Source: Geosiphon pyriformis uo1 | Taxonomy: Eukaryota; Fungi; Glomeromycota | Assembly: GCA_016748015.1 (NCBI GenBank) | Contig: JAAOMT010000231.1 | Span: 145,453 to 209,452 of the forward strand | Length of the DNA: 64,000 nucleotides | Direction: 5' to 3' | Shown here: in pieces, positions 37,453 through 50,940 of the stretch | Layout of the letters: each line of letters begins with the position of its first letter | How positions within the stretch are numbered: position 1 is the stretch's first letter | The notes under the pieces: generated by a model | Databases searched by the model: none | What the model saw: the letters and a program-made list of their open reading frames with translations, nothing else | Told to the model about the DNA's origin: nothing | Position numbers and translations under genes: made by a program

Positions 37453-40019
37453 GTATTTACTTTTGACAAGAAAATTGAAATATGGGATCTTTTTATTAAT
37501 TAATCGGCTATTCCTAATTTTGTAATTTATTGTCTAGGAAAAAGATAGGAAGAATTTTTATCTTCAGAGGTAAATAAAATCTTGTTTTTTTTTTAATAAA
37601 GTCTTTCATGCTTTACTAGAAAACCAAAATTCAATTTTATAATCAACCCATGCACTTCACTTTCTCTCAGCAAAGAGTATTCCTGCCCACTTAAGATATA
37701 TGATTTATGTATTCATTTTGTTTAATGAGCTTTAGACTAAAGCTGCATTCAGAAATTACACAGTCCACTAAAGCTTAAAATTAAACCGATTTCAAATAAA
37801 AATTTGACATTCATCAGATAATGTATTTCCTGAAGAAATTTTTAATTACCAATGTAGCTAAAAACAGCCATATGCATCATTTTTCAAAATCAAACTGCTT
37901 TTAATTTATAAGGAGGCGCAACTCGTTTTTGATTTATTATAGAGCCCTAGGGAAAATGTTCATTGCTTTAAAGAATCAATAGTATTGAAATATTATCAGC
38001 TCCTAACGAGGAATTAATTGTGTCAAATTTATTTAAACTTAAAATGACTATACCTTGAAAAGAATATTCTGGTCTGCAATTAACATCGAAATTTTTAGTT
38101 GCCAAAGATAACATAGAATGAAATTAATAAGCATAATAAAAATTCATTTATTATTAAATAAAAATAAATTTTTAATTAATTTTAATTTTTGCTATAATTA
38201 AAATTTTAAAAAATTTTTTTATTATTAATTTTAATAATAATATAAATATAATATTAAATTAACATTATTAAGTATTTAGAACACTTATATAATATTACAT
38301 TAAAATTGAATAATTAATAATTAGTAATTTACCATAGAAATTATATATCAATATAAATTGTTGTATTAAAGAAAAAATATGAAAATAAACATATCTTTTT
38401 TAATATTTAATATTTTTTATTAATAAATTGTATAATTTATAAAATATTAAATATTGTTTGGTAACAGTAAAAACTTTATTTATATAAAAATACAATTAAG
38501 CAAAAATTAAACATTATTCTAATATAAAATTTAGTAAAACATTAATTTTTAATTATGTAAAAAAAAAATTAAAAAAAAGTACAGATAACAAATTATTACA
38601 ACAATTAAAAAAAAGACTATTTATTTATTTATTTATTTTATAAATTTTTTTAAATCAAAAAATGTATTTAATTTTTAAGTTTTGTTTTTAATATTCAAAC
38701 AGATTAACATATTATAAAAACAAAATAAATTTGATATGTTTTTAGGATCATCAAGCTTTTTAATATTTTAAGCAATATAAATTGGAATAATATTTTATAT
38801 TGCAAAAAATAATAACAAAAATTAAATTTGGATTGAATTTATAATAATAATAATAATAATAATAATTTTTTTACCAGTTTAATATATATATATATATTGA
38901 ATTAATTTTCATATAGTTTCAAACAAAATGAAAAAAAAAATTTTCAGTTTTTTAAAAACATTTTTGATATTAAAAAATAAAATAAAATTTGAAATCAATA
39001 ATCTTATAATTTAAATTGATTTTTTACAATTATTATTATATTTAAAAGTTTAAAAAACAATCTATTAATTGTAATTGTTAAAAAAATAAAAGTTTTAAGA
39101 AAATTGTCAGTATTAATATATATAAGTTTAATTAATTTAAAAATTAAACATTATAAAAACAGTTGTAAATTTTTTTAGTATTTATTAAAAATTTATTAAA
39201 TCTTTTTAATTACATGATTAATAAAGTCGTGTATAATAAATAATTATGTTAATTAACTTTTTGTCTTAAATTAATTTCTTAAAAATTTATGTAATAAATA
39301 GTGTACTTAATCAAATATTTTTAAAAATAATTAAATTAGAAATTACAGAACTTTTCAAAAAAAAAATTACTTTTTAATTATGATGATGCTACTTTTATTG
39401 TTGATTCTGACATCGTTCTATCATGAACACCAGAAATTGAATCATTACTGGCTCAATGATGAGGAGGTCAAAGCTTTTATATAACAAGCATCTTAAACAG
39501 TAGACCTTCATTGGGTATATAACAAGAAAGTTGTATATATTACATTTATCAAGTACCAACTACATAAGAACATGACTATCGTGAAGAAAATGACATCTAG
39601 AACATTATCTAACTTCTTTTTGCTATTAATAGTTTCATCTTACGCACCTATCAACTATCAGCACAATAATGGGAGAAATTCTGCCGACAAGTATCATAAG
39701 AAAATGGTTAAGAACATTCAATTTGATCATTCCACAATTTAATTCACATGCAATGGCAGAGAAAAAGAAAAAGAGATTAATCTAGCATAGATTACAAAAA
39801 ATATTAAATGAAGACACAGAAGTTTTCCCACAGGTTCCTCAGTAAGACAGAGGAGTTAGGTTATTGTGTTTGAAACATACACCTTGAAAATATGCAGTGG
39901 GTGTGGATGGGTTTTAAATAATACCTTGGTGACCAGAAAATTTTTAAGCGCCAGGATTATAATTTGGTAATAAATAGAGATATCAATAGCACTTGAGGAA
40001 TTTTTTTGTTGAGAGGTCT

Positions 40020-40230
40020 TCTTTTCCTCGAAGAGTTTGCTGTTTAGGTTGATCTCGATGAAAGCTTTGGAATTTTCGGATCATAGTTTTATTTGCATTG
40101 TGAATTTAGCTGCTCGTCGGAAGTTGTTGAATAAATGTTCTTTGCTCTGGCGGTCTTTGACTGGTGCGAGTTTGGAAACCTCTGCCTGAGGAGCTGCATG
40201 GCAAATTTGCGGAGGGAGAATCACTCATCT
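40020..40230 (-). pseudogene. Possible HMG-box gene fragment
   Basis: PQAEVSKLA followed by frameshifted QQL..AAK.IHNA..YDPK resembles HMG helices 2-3; weak. Confidence 0.25.
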
Positions 40231-40780
40231 GACTAGCGTTGACTATTTTAATATTAATAAACAATTCAATCCATCCAATTACCGGATGAATATAAATGAA
40301 TTGAAGAAAGAAGAAATTTTGAATTATGAATCAAAATTCATCGCGATTAACTACTTTTACAAGGTTAGAAATGTTTTGATTATTTATAATAGTTTCTCTT
40401 CAAGCTTTTGAGGAAAAGTCGAATATAAAGCCTATCACTTTGAAATATATGTGAACTCATTTATGTTTTTAAAGAAATTATATCAAATAGATTTTACCTG
40501 TTATATATCCCTTTCGTTAAGAATTTTGAGATTTTCTTGTCAATTTTTGGCATGATGGTATCGTGGCTGACTTTGATAATTAAAGCAGAAAATTAATACT
40601 CTAAAGCTAGAATTCTTTAAAGGATATTAATTAGAAAATATTTAAAAGTCCTAGACGATTTCTGCCTTTTACAGCTTTAAAAAAAAAAAATTATAGTAAA
40701 AAATTATTTCAAGACAATTTGTATATGATTAAAATGAAAAGAAGGGTAAAATTAAAACTCTCAAATAAAGCTAAAAAATT

Positions 40781-42105
40781 TTAAATTTGATATTTATAAT
40801 AAATATTTTCAAATGGTTTATATTCATAACATTGTTTCATTCTGTACCCGAAATAGGGTCCATTATGTGCATCAATGAAGGAGCCATGTGTCTTAGAGGT
40901 ATTATCTAGTTCTCCCTTTAATAAGAGTTCTTGAAATTGTAGATTACAATCCTATAATAATTAAGATAAAAGAAGTTCAATTACTCTAGGTATTCAAATC
41001 AGATCAAAAATATTTGCCCATACTTACAGGATTTTCGGTTCCAAATATCTGATGGCAATTAAAAATTATAGGTTTATCATCTCCACAGTTACAGATGTCA
41101 CGCAGTATCCAATACTCAGTATTTGGATGTTTAAAAGTGCGGCTCAAAAACAATGGAACATAATCATTGATATAAGTTACGCGGTTGACGAAAAATCTTT
41201 GTGAAATATAGCGTATGAAATTTTCATCTCCAATTCTTGGAGCTCCATATGTAATGATTGCAATTTGATCTGGAGTAACTACGTCACGATTCTTCCTCCA
41301 AAACTCTACTGCAGCATAGGTAGCTAAAGCTTTTAAAAAAGGTTTTTTCATTAATTAATTTATATATAGTGAGAGTATGAAAAAATTAAAAACTCTTAAT
41401 TTTACCTCCACCCTCACCATGACCTGTAAAAATAAAATTATAATCTGCATAATCTCGATAATTTTTATAGGACACATATTTTTCAAGAGATTTCAATATT
41501 TTATCTTTCAATTTTCTTTTAAACCTTTGATAAAATTCTAGTGGTACTTTGGAATTAGCAAATAAACCCAATTTTAGAGTCTTAGAGGCCATGGATCGAT
41601 CCAATTCAACCATTCTATCAAAGGTTAATTCTCGCCCTCTGACTTGTATCACAATTGTTGGAATAAACGATTTATTCCTCAAAATTTTTCGGTAGGCGGG
41701 AGCTACCCAAACTAAATTTAAAATTTTCATTATCAAAAGAAAAAATTTAAAATTTTTTGCAAGTAAAATAAGAGAATAACTACCATAAATATCTTTTTCC
41801 ACAAACCCTGATTCATCAAGTAAACAATAAGTCTGATGAGCATAGTAAGCCATTTCAGATAAAAGCCACATTGTATTCATTTGATTTTGATTAATTACTC
41901 TCCCAACTCTTTTAATCAAAATATTTGTTTCTAAATATTTTTGATTCAGAGTATTATTAATAACTGTATTGGAAATATTTTTGTATCTTCCTTGTTTTTC
42001 ATATGCAAAATTTTTTTGAGAAAAGATGTAAAATAATAATAATAATAATAATAATAAATTAAAAAAAGAGAGGTTTCGTTGTGAGAAAGATATTTTGAAA
42101 TTCAT
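40781..42105 (-). CDS. Class-3 lipase-fold protein with non-canonical nucleophile elbow (GHGEGG)
   Basis: YYAHQTYC, IVIQVRG, FTGHGEGG, ITYGAPRIGD, RVTYINDYVP, FKHPNTEYWI, DAHNGPYFG; poly-Leu signal anchor; last exon ends at 40781. Confidence 0.88.
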
Positions 42106-43688
42106 TTTTAAAATATATTCAATTTTATTTCTCTCAGAATTCTAGATTTGTAAGATGTTATGAATGAAAAATTTTAAACTATAAAGTAAACCCTGAAAAG
42201 TTTTGCAAATTGTGTATATTTCTATTTGTATTTACTGGGATCAGATGTTCTTTTAACTTTTCTTAAAAGGGAATTTTTCATGAAAAAGATAATTTAAAAA
42301 AAAAGATGTTCCTATGTTAATATTCTGGTTATTTACGCACATTGAAAAACTTTCCCTTTATGCCAAAATTTTTTTCCATATATAAAATTAATCATAAGAT
42401 TATATATAATCCAATTAAAGTCATTATATAATATTCTTTCTAAAATAGGCACTACCTTCTATTTTACACTTAAAATTTTATCGATTAAGTTCTAATTATT
42501 TTCTTAAGAAAACGATATAATATATTTTATAAGAAATTATTTTACTACTACATAGAATACTGAAAAATGATAAAAATCAAATGGATTTACATTAATTTTA
42601 AAAGCAATAAACCAGTAGATTTATTAAATACATGATTAAATTGTTTTTTTCATTAAAAACAAAATTCTTAAATTGTTATTTATAATTTTATGAGTTATCA
42701 AATATCAAAAATTTATTTTTAAGTAAACTTTATTGAAAAATTGAGAATTTTAATAAACAAAATAACCATTAAATATCAAGTCATATTTAAATTATTTTTT
42801 GTTTAAATAATTTATTTTAAATCTACTTTGACCAATTAGTTTATCTCTTTAAATTCTAAGCATCACCTTCTGACTAATAAGGCTCAAAAATGAGTTAAAT
42901 ACCTGTAGTCTCTTAAAGCAGATCATTAGAAAGTATCTCTTTTTAAAAAATTAAAATATATTCCCTTTATAAAAAGGTACAAATAAAAACCACAAATTAC
43001 TAATCAATGACGCAAGTATTTAGATGAAAAGTCTTCTCCTTTATCTAATCCAAGCTAGTAGTATAGCAAATAAGGGATGAAAACGGCGTTTTCGGGTTTT
43101 CCTTATTTAAACTAAGTTTAAAATGGGATAAATTTTTTAATATTCTTGCTACGCTCCAGTTTTTTGCACTCATTGGTATTTTTTTTAAAAAACGTATTTT
43201 TAATTAAATATGTTACTTTTGTTATATTTGATGTATTTTTACTTGAAAATTTTCAGATAACTGTAAATCAATAATAAAGCTATCAATCTGTGAAATCAAA
43301 TATCTTTTTCGAATATGGTTCTCTTTTTTAGTCAAATGCAACGGTAATTTTGTCATTTCATCATTGGCTAACAAATTATGGGACTTTGACACTTTGACAA
43401 TTATTAAGAAAGTTCTTGAGAATGCTATGAGAGTGAAAGGTAATTTAATTATAAGGAAATTTATTGCATTATTTATAATGACTTTACTCATTCTCTCATT
43501 TTTTGTTCATAGGCAAAATATTCGAATGAAAAATCGGATTTAATTCATTTTTTATTTGTTCGTTTTAAGTAAGTATATATAATATATATATATATATGAA
43601 ATTCTCTAATTATACTATGTGATAACAATTTTGATCGTTTCAGTATAATTCTAAAATTATCCTATGTTTTATATATTCTTACAATCTT

Positions 43689-44269
43689 TTAACCTTCACT
43701 CCCTTCCTCTTTAAATATGTATTCCTCTTTTCGAACCGGCGTACTAAATCGTGAATATCTTTATAAGGAGTTAAGAAGGTATTAATTAGAAAAAGAATCC
43801 GACTTTTTTATTCAAAGGGACTCGTGAATAAAATTAAGAATACCTTTTATCAAATTTTTGATTAATTGCAATTAATTTCACTTGGGTATTTTGATCAATA
43901 TTATTCCATGGTTCTGGGTTATTGATTCTGTTTAAATCAATCAGTTATAAATACAAGACAAATAAGACGACAGTTAAGTTTTTAAGTAAATAAAAATTTA
44001 GAACTTTAATCATTAAAATATAATATAAAATTTACCGATCCCAAATAACGTCAGGGCCACGAGCGAGACGACTCAGATACCAAGTTGCACCTCCAACAGC
44101 AACAGCCTAAAAACCATTTATTTTTTATATTTCAATCATTTTCGTTTGAGTTTATGTTCCTCGGCAAAAAAAAAAAAAATTTTTTTTTACTTACAGTAAC
44201 ACAATAGATCGGAATGATCTCGACACGGAACCAATGTCTAAAGAAGTTACTTGAGGCAGTGGAAGCCAT
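43689..44269 (-). CDS. NDUFA4: MLRQ/NDUFA4 (COXFA4)-family mitochondrial respiratory subunit
   Basis: Four exons: MASTASSNFFRHWFRVEIIPIY.., AVAVGGATWYLSRLARGPDVIWDR, NNPEPWNNIDQNTQVKL, then a short acidic tail. Confidence 0.88.
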
Positions 44270-44408
44270 TTTGATCAAGTTTTAAATTTTAAGGGTAATT
44301 TTAAAAAAATTTTCAAGATTGAAAAAGTATTGCGAAAAAATAGATCAAAAAGCCTGAATTTATTTTGAATCCTAGGTGGGTTTTTCCTCCTTTCGAGCAA
44401 AGCACGCA

Positions 44409-44476
44409 CCAATCAACAGTCGTTAAAATGAAATTAAAATGCATGTAATATATTGAACTTTCGGCGAATTTCGCCG
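44409..44476. promoter_or_regulatory. CCAAT box plus CGG-N9-CCG palindrome upstream of the MLRQ gene
   Basis: CCAATCA at 44409-44415 and CGGCGAA-T-TTCGCCG at 44462-44476, 140-210 bp upstream of the ATG. Confidence 0.35.
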
Positions 44477-44929
44477 TCGAAAAATATTAGTAGAAAAAAA
44501 CGTTTTACTAACGGTGGCTACAGGTATTACATTAACATATGCATCATACACTTTGACAGGTCTCAAAGTAGTTAATGTTAAAAATACATCATCGTTTATG
44601 ACATAATCGGCGGTGTTAGGATGTACATTACCCCCAAAAGTAACGCCCGATACAAAATTGGACACAAAAATTCTAATACTTTTCCGATTCTTTTTTTTTT
44701 TTTTTTAACCACAGACTTTATGTTTTTGGGTATTGTCCTTCCATAATTTCCGGTTTGGCAAATTCGTCAGTGAGTTGATGATCGTGATTTCATTTTTCGT
44801 TTGATTATTCCCGCAATATTGATCGGCGCGTTATCTTGCGTAGCTCCCGGTTAACAGCGTAATTAGGTTCTGAAATAGAAGCAAAGTTGGGTTTAAGATT
44901 TCAAGGTAATTATTTGCATTTATTTTTTC

Positions 44930-44965
44930 ATCATTAGTATTTTGTATTCACAAAATACTAATGAT
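44930..44965. repeat. Perfect 16-bp inverted repeat with 4-nt loop
   Basis: ATCATTAGTATTTTGT-ATTC-ACAAAATACTAATGAT. Confidence 0.9.
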
Positions 44966-47722
44966 CCTTTTAATTTTCCCTTAACCCATTATGAATTTTC
45001 GTCCACTTTTTTGAAATAAGCATTAAATTTTTCTAAAGTGTTCCATCAAACTCTTGGTTGTCGTGATTGCTTCCCAATTTCCAAACTTGTCTCATCAGAG
45101 GAGATAACTTTTTCCCAATTTTTAATTGTTTTTATTTTTATTTTCCTCAAACTACCTAACACGAATATAAGCATATGTTTCTAAGATATATAAGGTTTTT
45201 TTGCTGCAATACGCGAGTGAAGTCTAGAGTTTAGCGAAAACATTTGCGGCAGTTGAAAAATTACATTTAAGACATTAATTGTTAACTATTTCGTGGAGCG
45301 ACGCATATCATTTTTCTTGGTTTTAAATACCAATAAATTTTTTTCGTGGTTTTCAAAGAATTTGTAATCTTCAAGAATGTGATAAATTTACACTTTTTTC
45401 TGTTTTGTCAATAAAGCGCCGTATTATTGTGGGATCATTTTTGGGATTTTAGGTGGATTTATGATTTTCATATATTTCAAAATCTTTTTTTTATCAATGC
45501 GTTTAGCTGTGTACGAATTGTTGTCATTTTTTTTTTACATAACAATATCATAATATTGTAGAGTTGTAAAAAGAAAACAAATTTCAAGTTTATTTGTCAA
45601 AAAACGTTACTTTTTACGAGTATTATAAACAGATAGATTGTAATAAATCAATACTATGCATTACTACTATTTCCTGCATAATAACAAAGCTCTTGTTATC
45701 CATTAAGCTCTATAATTTTGGCATTTCTATACCTTGAACCCTTCAATTCTTTGGACATTATAACAAGCATTTCCCGGAAATATACAAATGTCAAACTGCA
45801 TAAAACTATTTGTATATCCAGGCAAATTTTTAATAATTTTTTTTATAATAATAAGTAAACTTGTTTCTTTTTTCAAAAAAAAAAAAAAAAGATCACATAA
45901 ACCATATTTATAATTATTTAGAATGATAATAGGCTTATAACAATATATAATAAGCAATAAAAAATTATGAAAATTAATGACAAAAATACAGTTTTAAGTG
46001 AATTTTAAAAACTTTTGTTATTATTTGTTACAAATTTTTTTAAAATTAAAATGATAAATGATTTATTTATAAATTTTGCAAATTTGCATTATTAATTATA
46101 TTCTAATAATCAATGCTTTTTTTATATTGTAAAGCAATATTAAATTTATTAAAAGACACTATTATGAACAAATTTTTATCAAGTTTTAATTATTTTTCAA
46201 AAGTTATTTTTGATTAATAATGTATATTTAAGAATATTTTTCCATTTTTTTTTATTTTTTTTTATTTGTATTTTTTTTTAACATTCAAAAGTTGATTTTG
46301 TATTATACTTGATTGTGATATATAAATTAATTATACGTTATACTTTAATGATTAAATTTTTTTTGGTTTTTATAATATAAATTTTTAATATTCTAAATTC
46401 GCTATTTGCATAATCTTTTGATTTTAAATATTTTTAATTTTACAAGGTATTTAGTAGATATTAATAAAATTTTTTGATATCTAAAATATAAAAATTTTAG
46501 GATACTATTTGTCAAACTTTATGATATTTATTTTAAGTTCAAACATTAAAATTATTATATTAAGAGTATCAAACAAATAAATTTAAAAGTGTTTTGTTTA
46601 ACTTACAATTTATTATATTTTTTAGTTCTTGAAATAAAAAAAACTATTTTTGATTAAAAGTTCAGGTAATTTTTTACTTTTGAATATTTTAAAAAATTAA
46701 TTTTTGTATTCAATAAAAAATATTTAATATTAAATATAATCACTTAATTTCTTTTTAAATTTGGTTAAATATTAAAAAAAAAAAAAGGAATAACTATTGA
46801 AAAAGAACTTGGCAAGAACCTACTAATAAAAATATTATTCAAAATATAATTTAATTAAATTGATCATATTCTGTGTGTCTTAAGGTTAACTAATTTTTCG
46901 ACGAAATATAATTTTATTTCTTGATTAGAGTTACTTTATTATTACTTATCAATTGATTATTTTTGATATTAAAAATAAATTTTGTTTGTTTTTAAGATTC
47001 TTTTTTTTTTTGAATTGAATTGAATTGAAAACTGGTATTTTAATTTGTTTATGAAAAGTATTGAAGATTTCTTTTTTAAAAAAGCCTCTAGACTTGCCAT
47101 GAATTTCCTTAATTATATATTTTCTCGTAGAATATATCAATATTTTCTTGTAAGATTTAATTACATTACTCTTGCTTGAAGCTTCAAAGAAGATAATTGC
47201 TTCTATTTTTATATAAACTAAATATATTTTCTTAATCCTGAAAATATATTAATAACTGATAATTTTAATGTTATTATTTCTTTTTGTTATTTATAATACA
47301 ATATCAATATAATTTTGCGAGGTGAATATTATAAGGACTTGGATACGTAATACAATATTTTTTCTGAACTTTAAAATAAAATAAAAAAGTTAAATTGCAA
47401 TTCTTGAAGTAAATAAGATATTATTTTAAAGGTTCATAATTTCACAGTAAACGATTATGGGGTATTTTCTCATTCTTTTGGCCCTTTAATAATGAGAATC
47501 AAAATAATTATATTTCACGTGACAAAATCCGATGATTAAATCGAATACAAAATAAAGTTAAAATTACCTTCTTATCACTTTTTAACTTTTGTTTACATAT
47601 TTGATGTTTTTTGTTTCGAAACGGTAAAAATTAATATAAATAAGAAAAAGTTAAGATTTAAAAAATGTGGCTTTTTTGAGTATAACGAAATATATTTTTT
47701 TTTACTAAATTTTACTAAGGGA

Positions 47723-47755
<33 letters not shown>

Positions 47756-48479
47756 TTAGAAATTATTATTAAAAAAAAGGGGATGTTTTAATTTCAATCC
47801 TTTTTTTTTTTAATCATGTTTCTTTATAATGATAATGATGTTGATTATGATTTTTAATTTTCGTAAAAAACTAAAATAAAAACTAGTAGCTTTTCTTTCA
47901 ACCCTTATACCAATTAAATTTTGAAAATCAGGATCAAACAAGTTCTTTTTTTTTGCTAATCTTGAATTTTTCTTCTAAAAGAAAACTTTTCATTCAAAAA
48001 AAAAAGCTTTCCTTCCTTACTTTCATCAATCAATGGTAAAATTACGATGTAACATTTTGATATATTTTTCAAATAAAATTTTTATTTTATTGGAACGAAA
48101 TAAAAAATACTTTTCAATAAAATCTTTCACTTTTATTAAATTTGTAGATATGCAAGGATAATTATTGAAATTGTTAACTTTAAAAATTTTCTCTTTAATT
48201 AAATTAATCAGCAAAAAAGTTGTCGTTTTTTTTTTGTTTTTTTTTTGTTTTTTTTTTTTGTTTAACTTCAAAGATTTATAAATTAAATACATTTTTAAGA
48301 TTAGAAAAAAATTTTTTTTTTTTAAAGGGAATTTACTTAAAATTACATTTGCGAATTTAAATATTGAAAAATTTATATATATACAATTACATTTATAATT
48401 ATAATACAATATTTGGAAATAAAATATATAATGAAACATCTCTCTCTCATTTTTTACATTTTCTACTTTCCCAACTCTA

Positions 48480-49073
48480 TCATGTCTTGAAAAACCTTCT
48501 TAACCCAAATCGAGAAATCATTCTCTTTAACTTTTTAAAGCCTCTAGGACGATTTTCGTCAAAAGTATCCGAAGAAGTAGTCGAAGTACTCATTGAAGAA
48601 GTGGTGTTTGTGATAAATGAAAAGGTTCGTTCACCATGCCGTTCACGATGTATACAAGTTCTGCATTTCTTTTTAAACACTACTGGAATCCCTTGATAAT
48701 CTAATACTGGTATATACCAAATGTCACCGTTGGCCATAAAACCAATAGGTTTCGTAGCCCACATGGTGTAACCTCCTTTAATTAGAGATTCGATAAGTGG
48801 TTGAAACTTTTCGCGGTATCTTTCCTCAGCCAAATCCGAGATATGAATTCTGTGTGTATAGACTTCGTTGATGCGTATTGGTGGACCTCCATCGTTTAAG
48901 TTGATATATTTTGGACCTGGTAATCTTTCAGAGACATAAGCTATTGGGGAAGTTTCCCCTTTTACAGGAGGGGTTAACTCTAGAATATATTCGTTATCAG
49001 GGTTTAAGGTCAAGCCAATAATTTCTGGAGTTTCGTGGTCCATCCAAAGTGGATTTGGTCTCATTAGCAACAT
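48480..49073 (-). CDS. Hypothetical single-exon protein (197 aa)
   Basis: ATG-initiated intact ORF with balanced composition inside very AT-rich DNA; no recognised domain. Confidence 0.7.
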   Translation of the reverse strand: MLLMRPNPLWMDHETPEIIGLTLNPDNEYILELTPPVKGETSPIAYVSERLPGPKYINLNDGGPPIRINEVYTHRIHISDLAEERYREKFQPLIESLIKGGYTMWATKPIGFMANGDIWYIPVLDYQGIPVVFKKKCRTCIHRERHGERTFSFITNTTSSMSTSTTSSDTFDENRPRGFKKLKRMISRFGLRRFFKT

Positions 49074-50706
49074 TTTTAATTTTTATGAAATAATTTGTAT
49101 TAAATTTTAATTTTTATGAAATAAATTATATTGAATTTTCTGGGAGAAAAGTTTTTTTGTCTGAATGGGCAGCAAAGGGCGTATTAAATATGCGAGAGGT
49201 AAAGATGCTTGGCTTCCATAAAAAGAAATGATTTTCAATATCACGGAAAGAGCTTTTGTTTGTTTCGTTGTTCCCGGTTTCATTTGAAAAGGCTATCTAT
49301 AGCCAAGATAGTTAGTTGGGATTAGATCAATAGGTAGTGACCTAAAATAGCCATAAAAGACAGAAAAACTTGGGGAGTGTGTCACATCGATTAATAATTA
49401 ATTTTTAAATTTTTGATTGACATTTTAAGGAAATTTCTATCAATTATGCAAAAAAAAAACCCGCAATTCAAATTAAAAGGTATAAATTTTAATTTTCTCC
49501 GGATCTTTTTTGATTTTTCCTTTGAAGGAAAGAAAAACTCCAAACGCAAAAGATAACTTGCCGACTTGATAAGGTGGTGGTGGTGGTGGTGGTTATGGTG
49601 GTTATGGTTTAGTCATGGTTGCTAAATTTGGATTATCAATTATGTATCGTCGGCCAAGAAATCAGTGCTAACAAGATTCAAGGTCTCTTATGATAGTGAT
49701 CATTAATTATACAAGAAAAAAGTTAGAGAATAAATTCATGAGGTCTATTGATAAATAAACATTAAAAATGGGTTCAGATCGAGCGCGAAAAAAAATTTAG
49801 GCGCCAAAATAAAGCTAACAGCAACAATTAATAATATAAAGCAAGATATGAACGAAATGAAAGATTTGTAACAAAGTATAATCTAATACTTCAAAAAAAA
49901 AAACCTTTTAGACCGGCTTTTTCATCCCTTGGTTATCTTTTGAAACCAAACCTTTATGAGACTAAAAAGGTTTTTTACATTATTTGATTCCCAACAAATA
50001 AAATGTTTAATAAACAAATAGAACAACGATAACGACATAGCAGGAAATTAAATCCAACCTTTTTTTGAACTTCGATATCTCTGGACTTTTTTGTTTAAAA
50101 TTCCCACAAAAAAATTAGTCTGAAAAGGTACTTTTTTCAAAAAAGTAACTCATACTAACTAGTTAGAGGTTTTATGAAAAAAGATCTTAATATATATTAT
50201 TTTAATTATTAACATGATATTATTAAAAAAAGATAGATGAACATATTATCAAAAAATTAAGAAGATAATTACATACTTTTAAAATGTCTCTATCGGGACA
50301 GATAAATGAAATCATATATTTGAAATCTAAATTTTAAATTCGTATATTTGTTTGGGTGATGAGATCCAAATTTAATTTGACATGAGCTCTATCAATTTAC
50401 TGATTATGCAACATTGTAAATATGTTGAGTATGAAATGATGACTGACAAAAAAGTATACGTTATCATTATTAAATTGTATTAAATCCGAAAAAATTAGGA
50501 TTGAAACGAGTAATTGAGGGAAACCCAATCAAAAAATAATAGCTTTTATTGAAAATAAATAGACACACACAGATTATCAAACCATTTTTTATATGGATAA
50601 TAAAGTTTTATTAAATAAAAAAAATAAAATTTTTCTACAAGTCCAAAAATTTAACTTTCTTAAAAAAAAAGTTTAATGAGAAAAAGGAGAGTTTTAGAAT
50701 TTTAAA

Positions 50707-50940
50707 AATTGATAATTACAAAGCTTCTATATTTTTTAGACAATAATTAATAATTACAAAGCTTTTATATTTTTAAATAATAATTGATAATTACAAAGTT
50801 TCTCAATTTTAAGACAATAATTGATAATTACAAAACTTTTATATATTTTTTTAGATAATAATTAATAATTACAAAGCTTTTAATTTTTTTTTTAGACAAT
50901 AATTAATAATCACAAAGCTTTTATTTTTTTTAGGCAATAA
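50707..50940 (+). repeat. AT-rich minisatellite, 6 units of about 37-41 bp
   Basis: Unit approximates AATTRATAATTACAAAGCTTYTATATTTTTTAGACAAT, with length variation in the T-run. Confidence 0.9.

Noticed and set aside
45727-48439. Lys/Phe/Ile/Asn-rich ORFs (also 34127-34312 and 43222-43491)
   Set aside because: Composition expected from chance ORFs in extremely AT-rich DNA.
50707-50940. CRISPR-like array
   Set aside because: Whole units are homologous with no unique spacers, there are no cas genes, and the context is eukaryotic.
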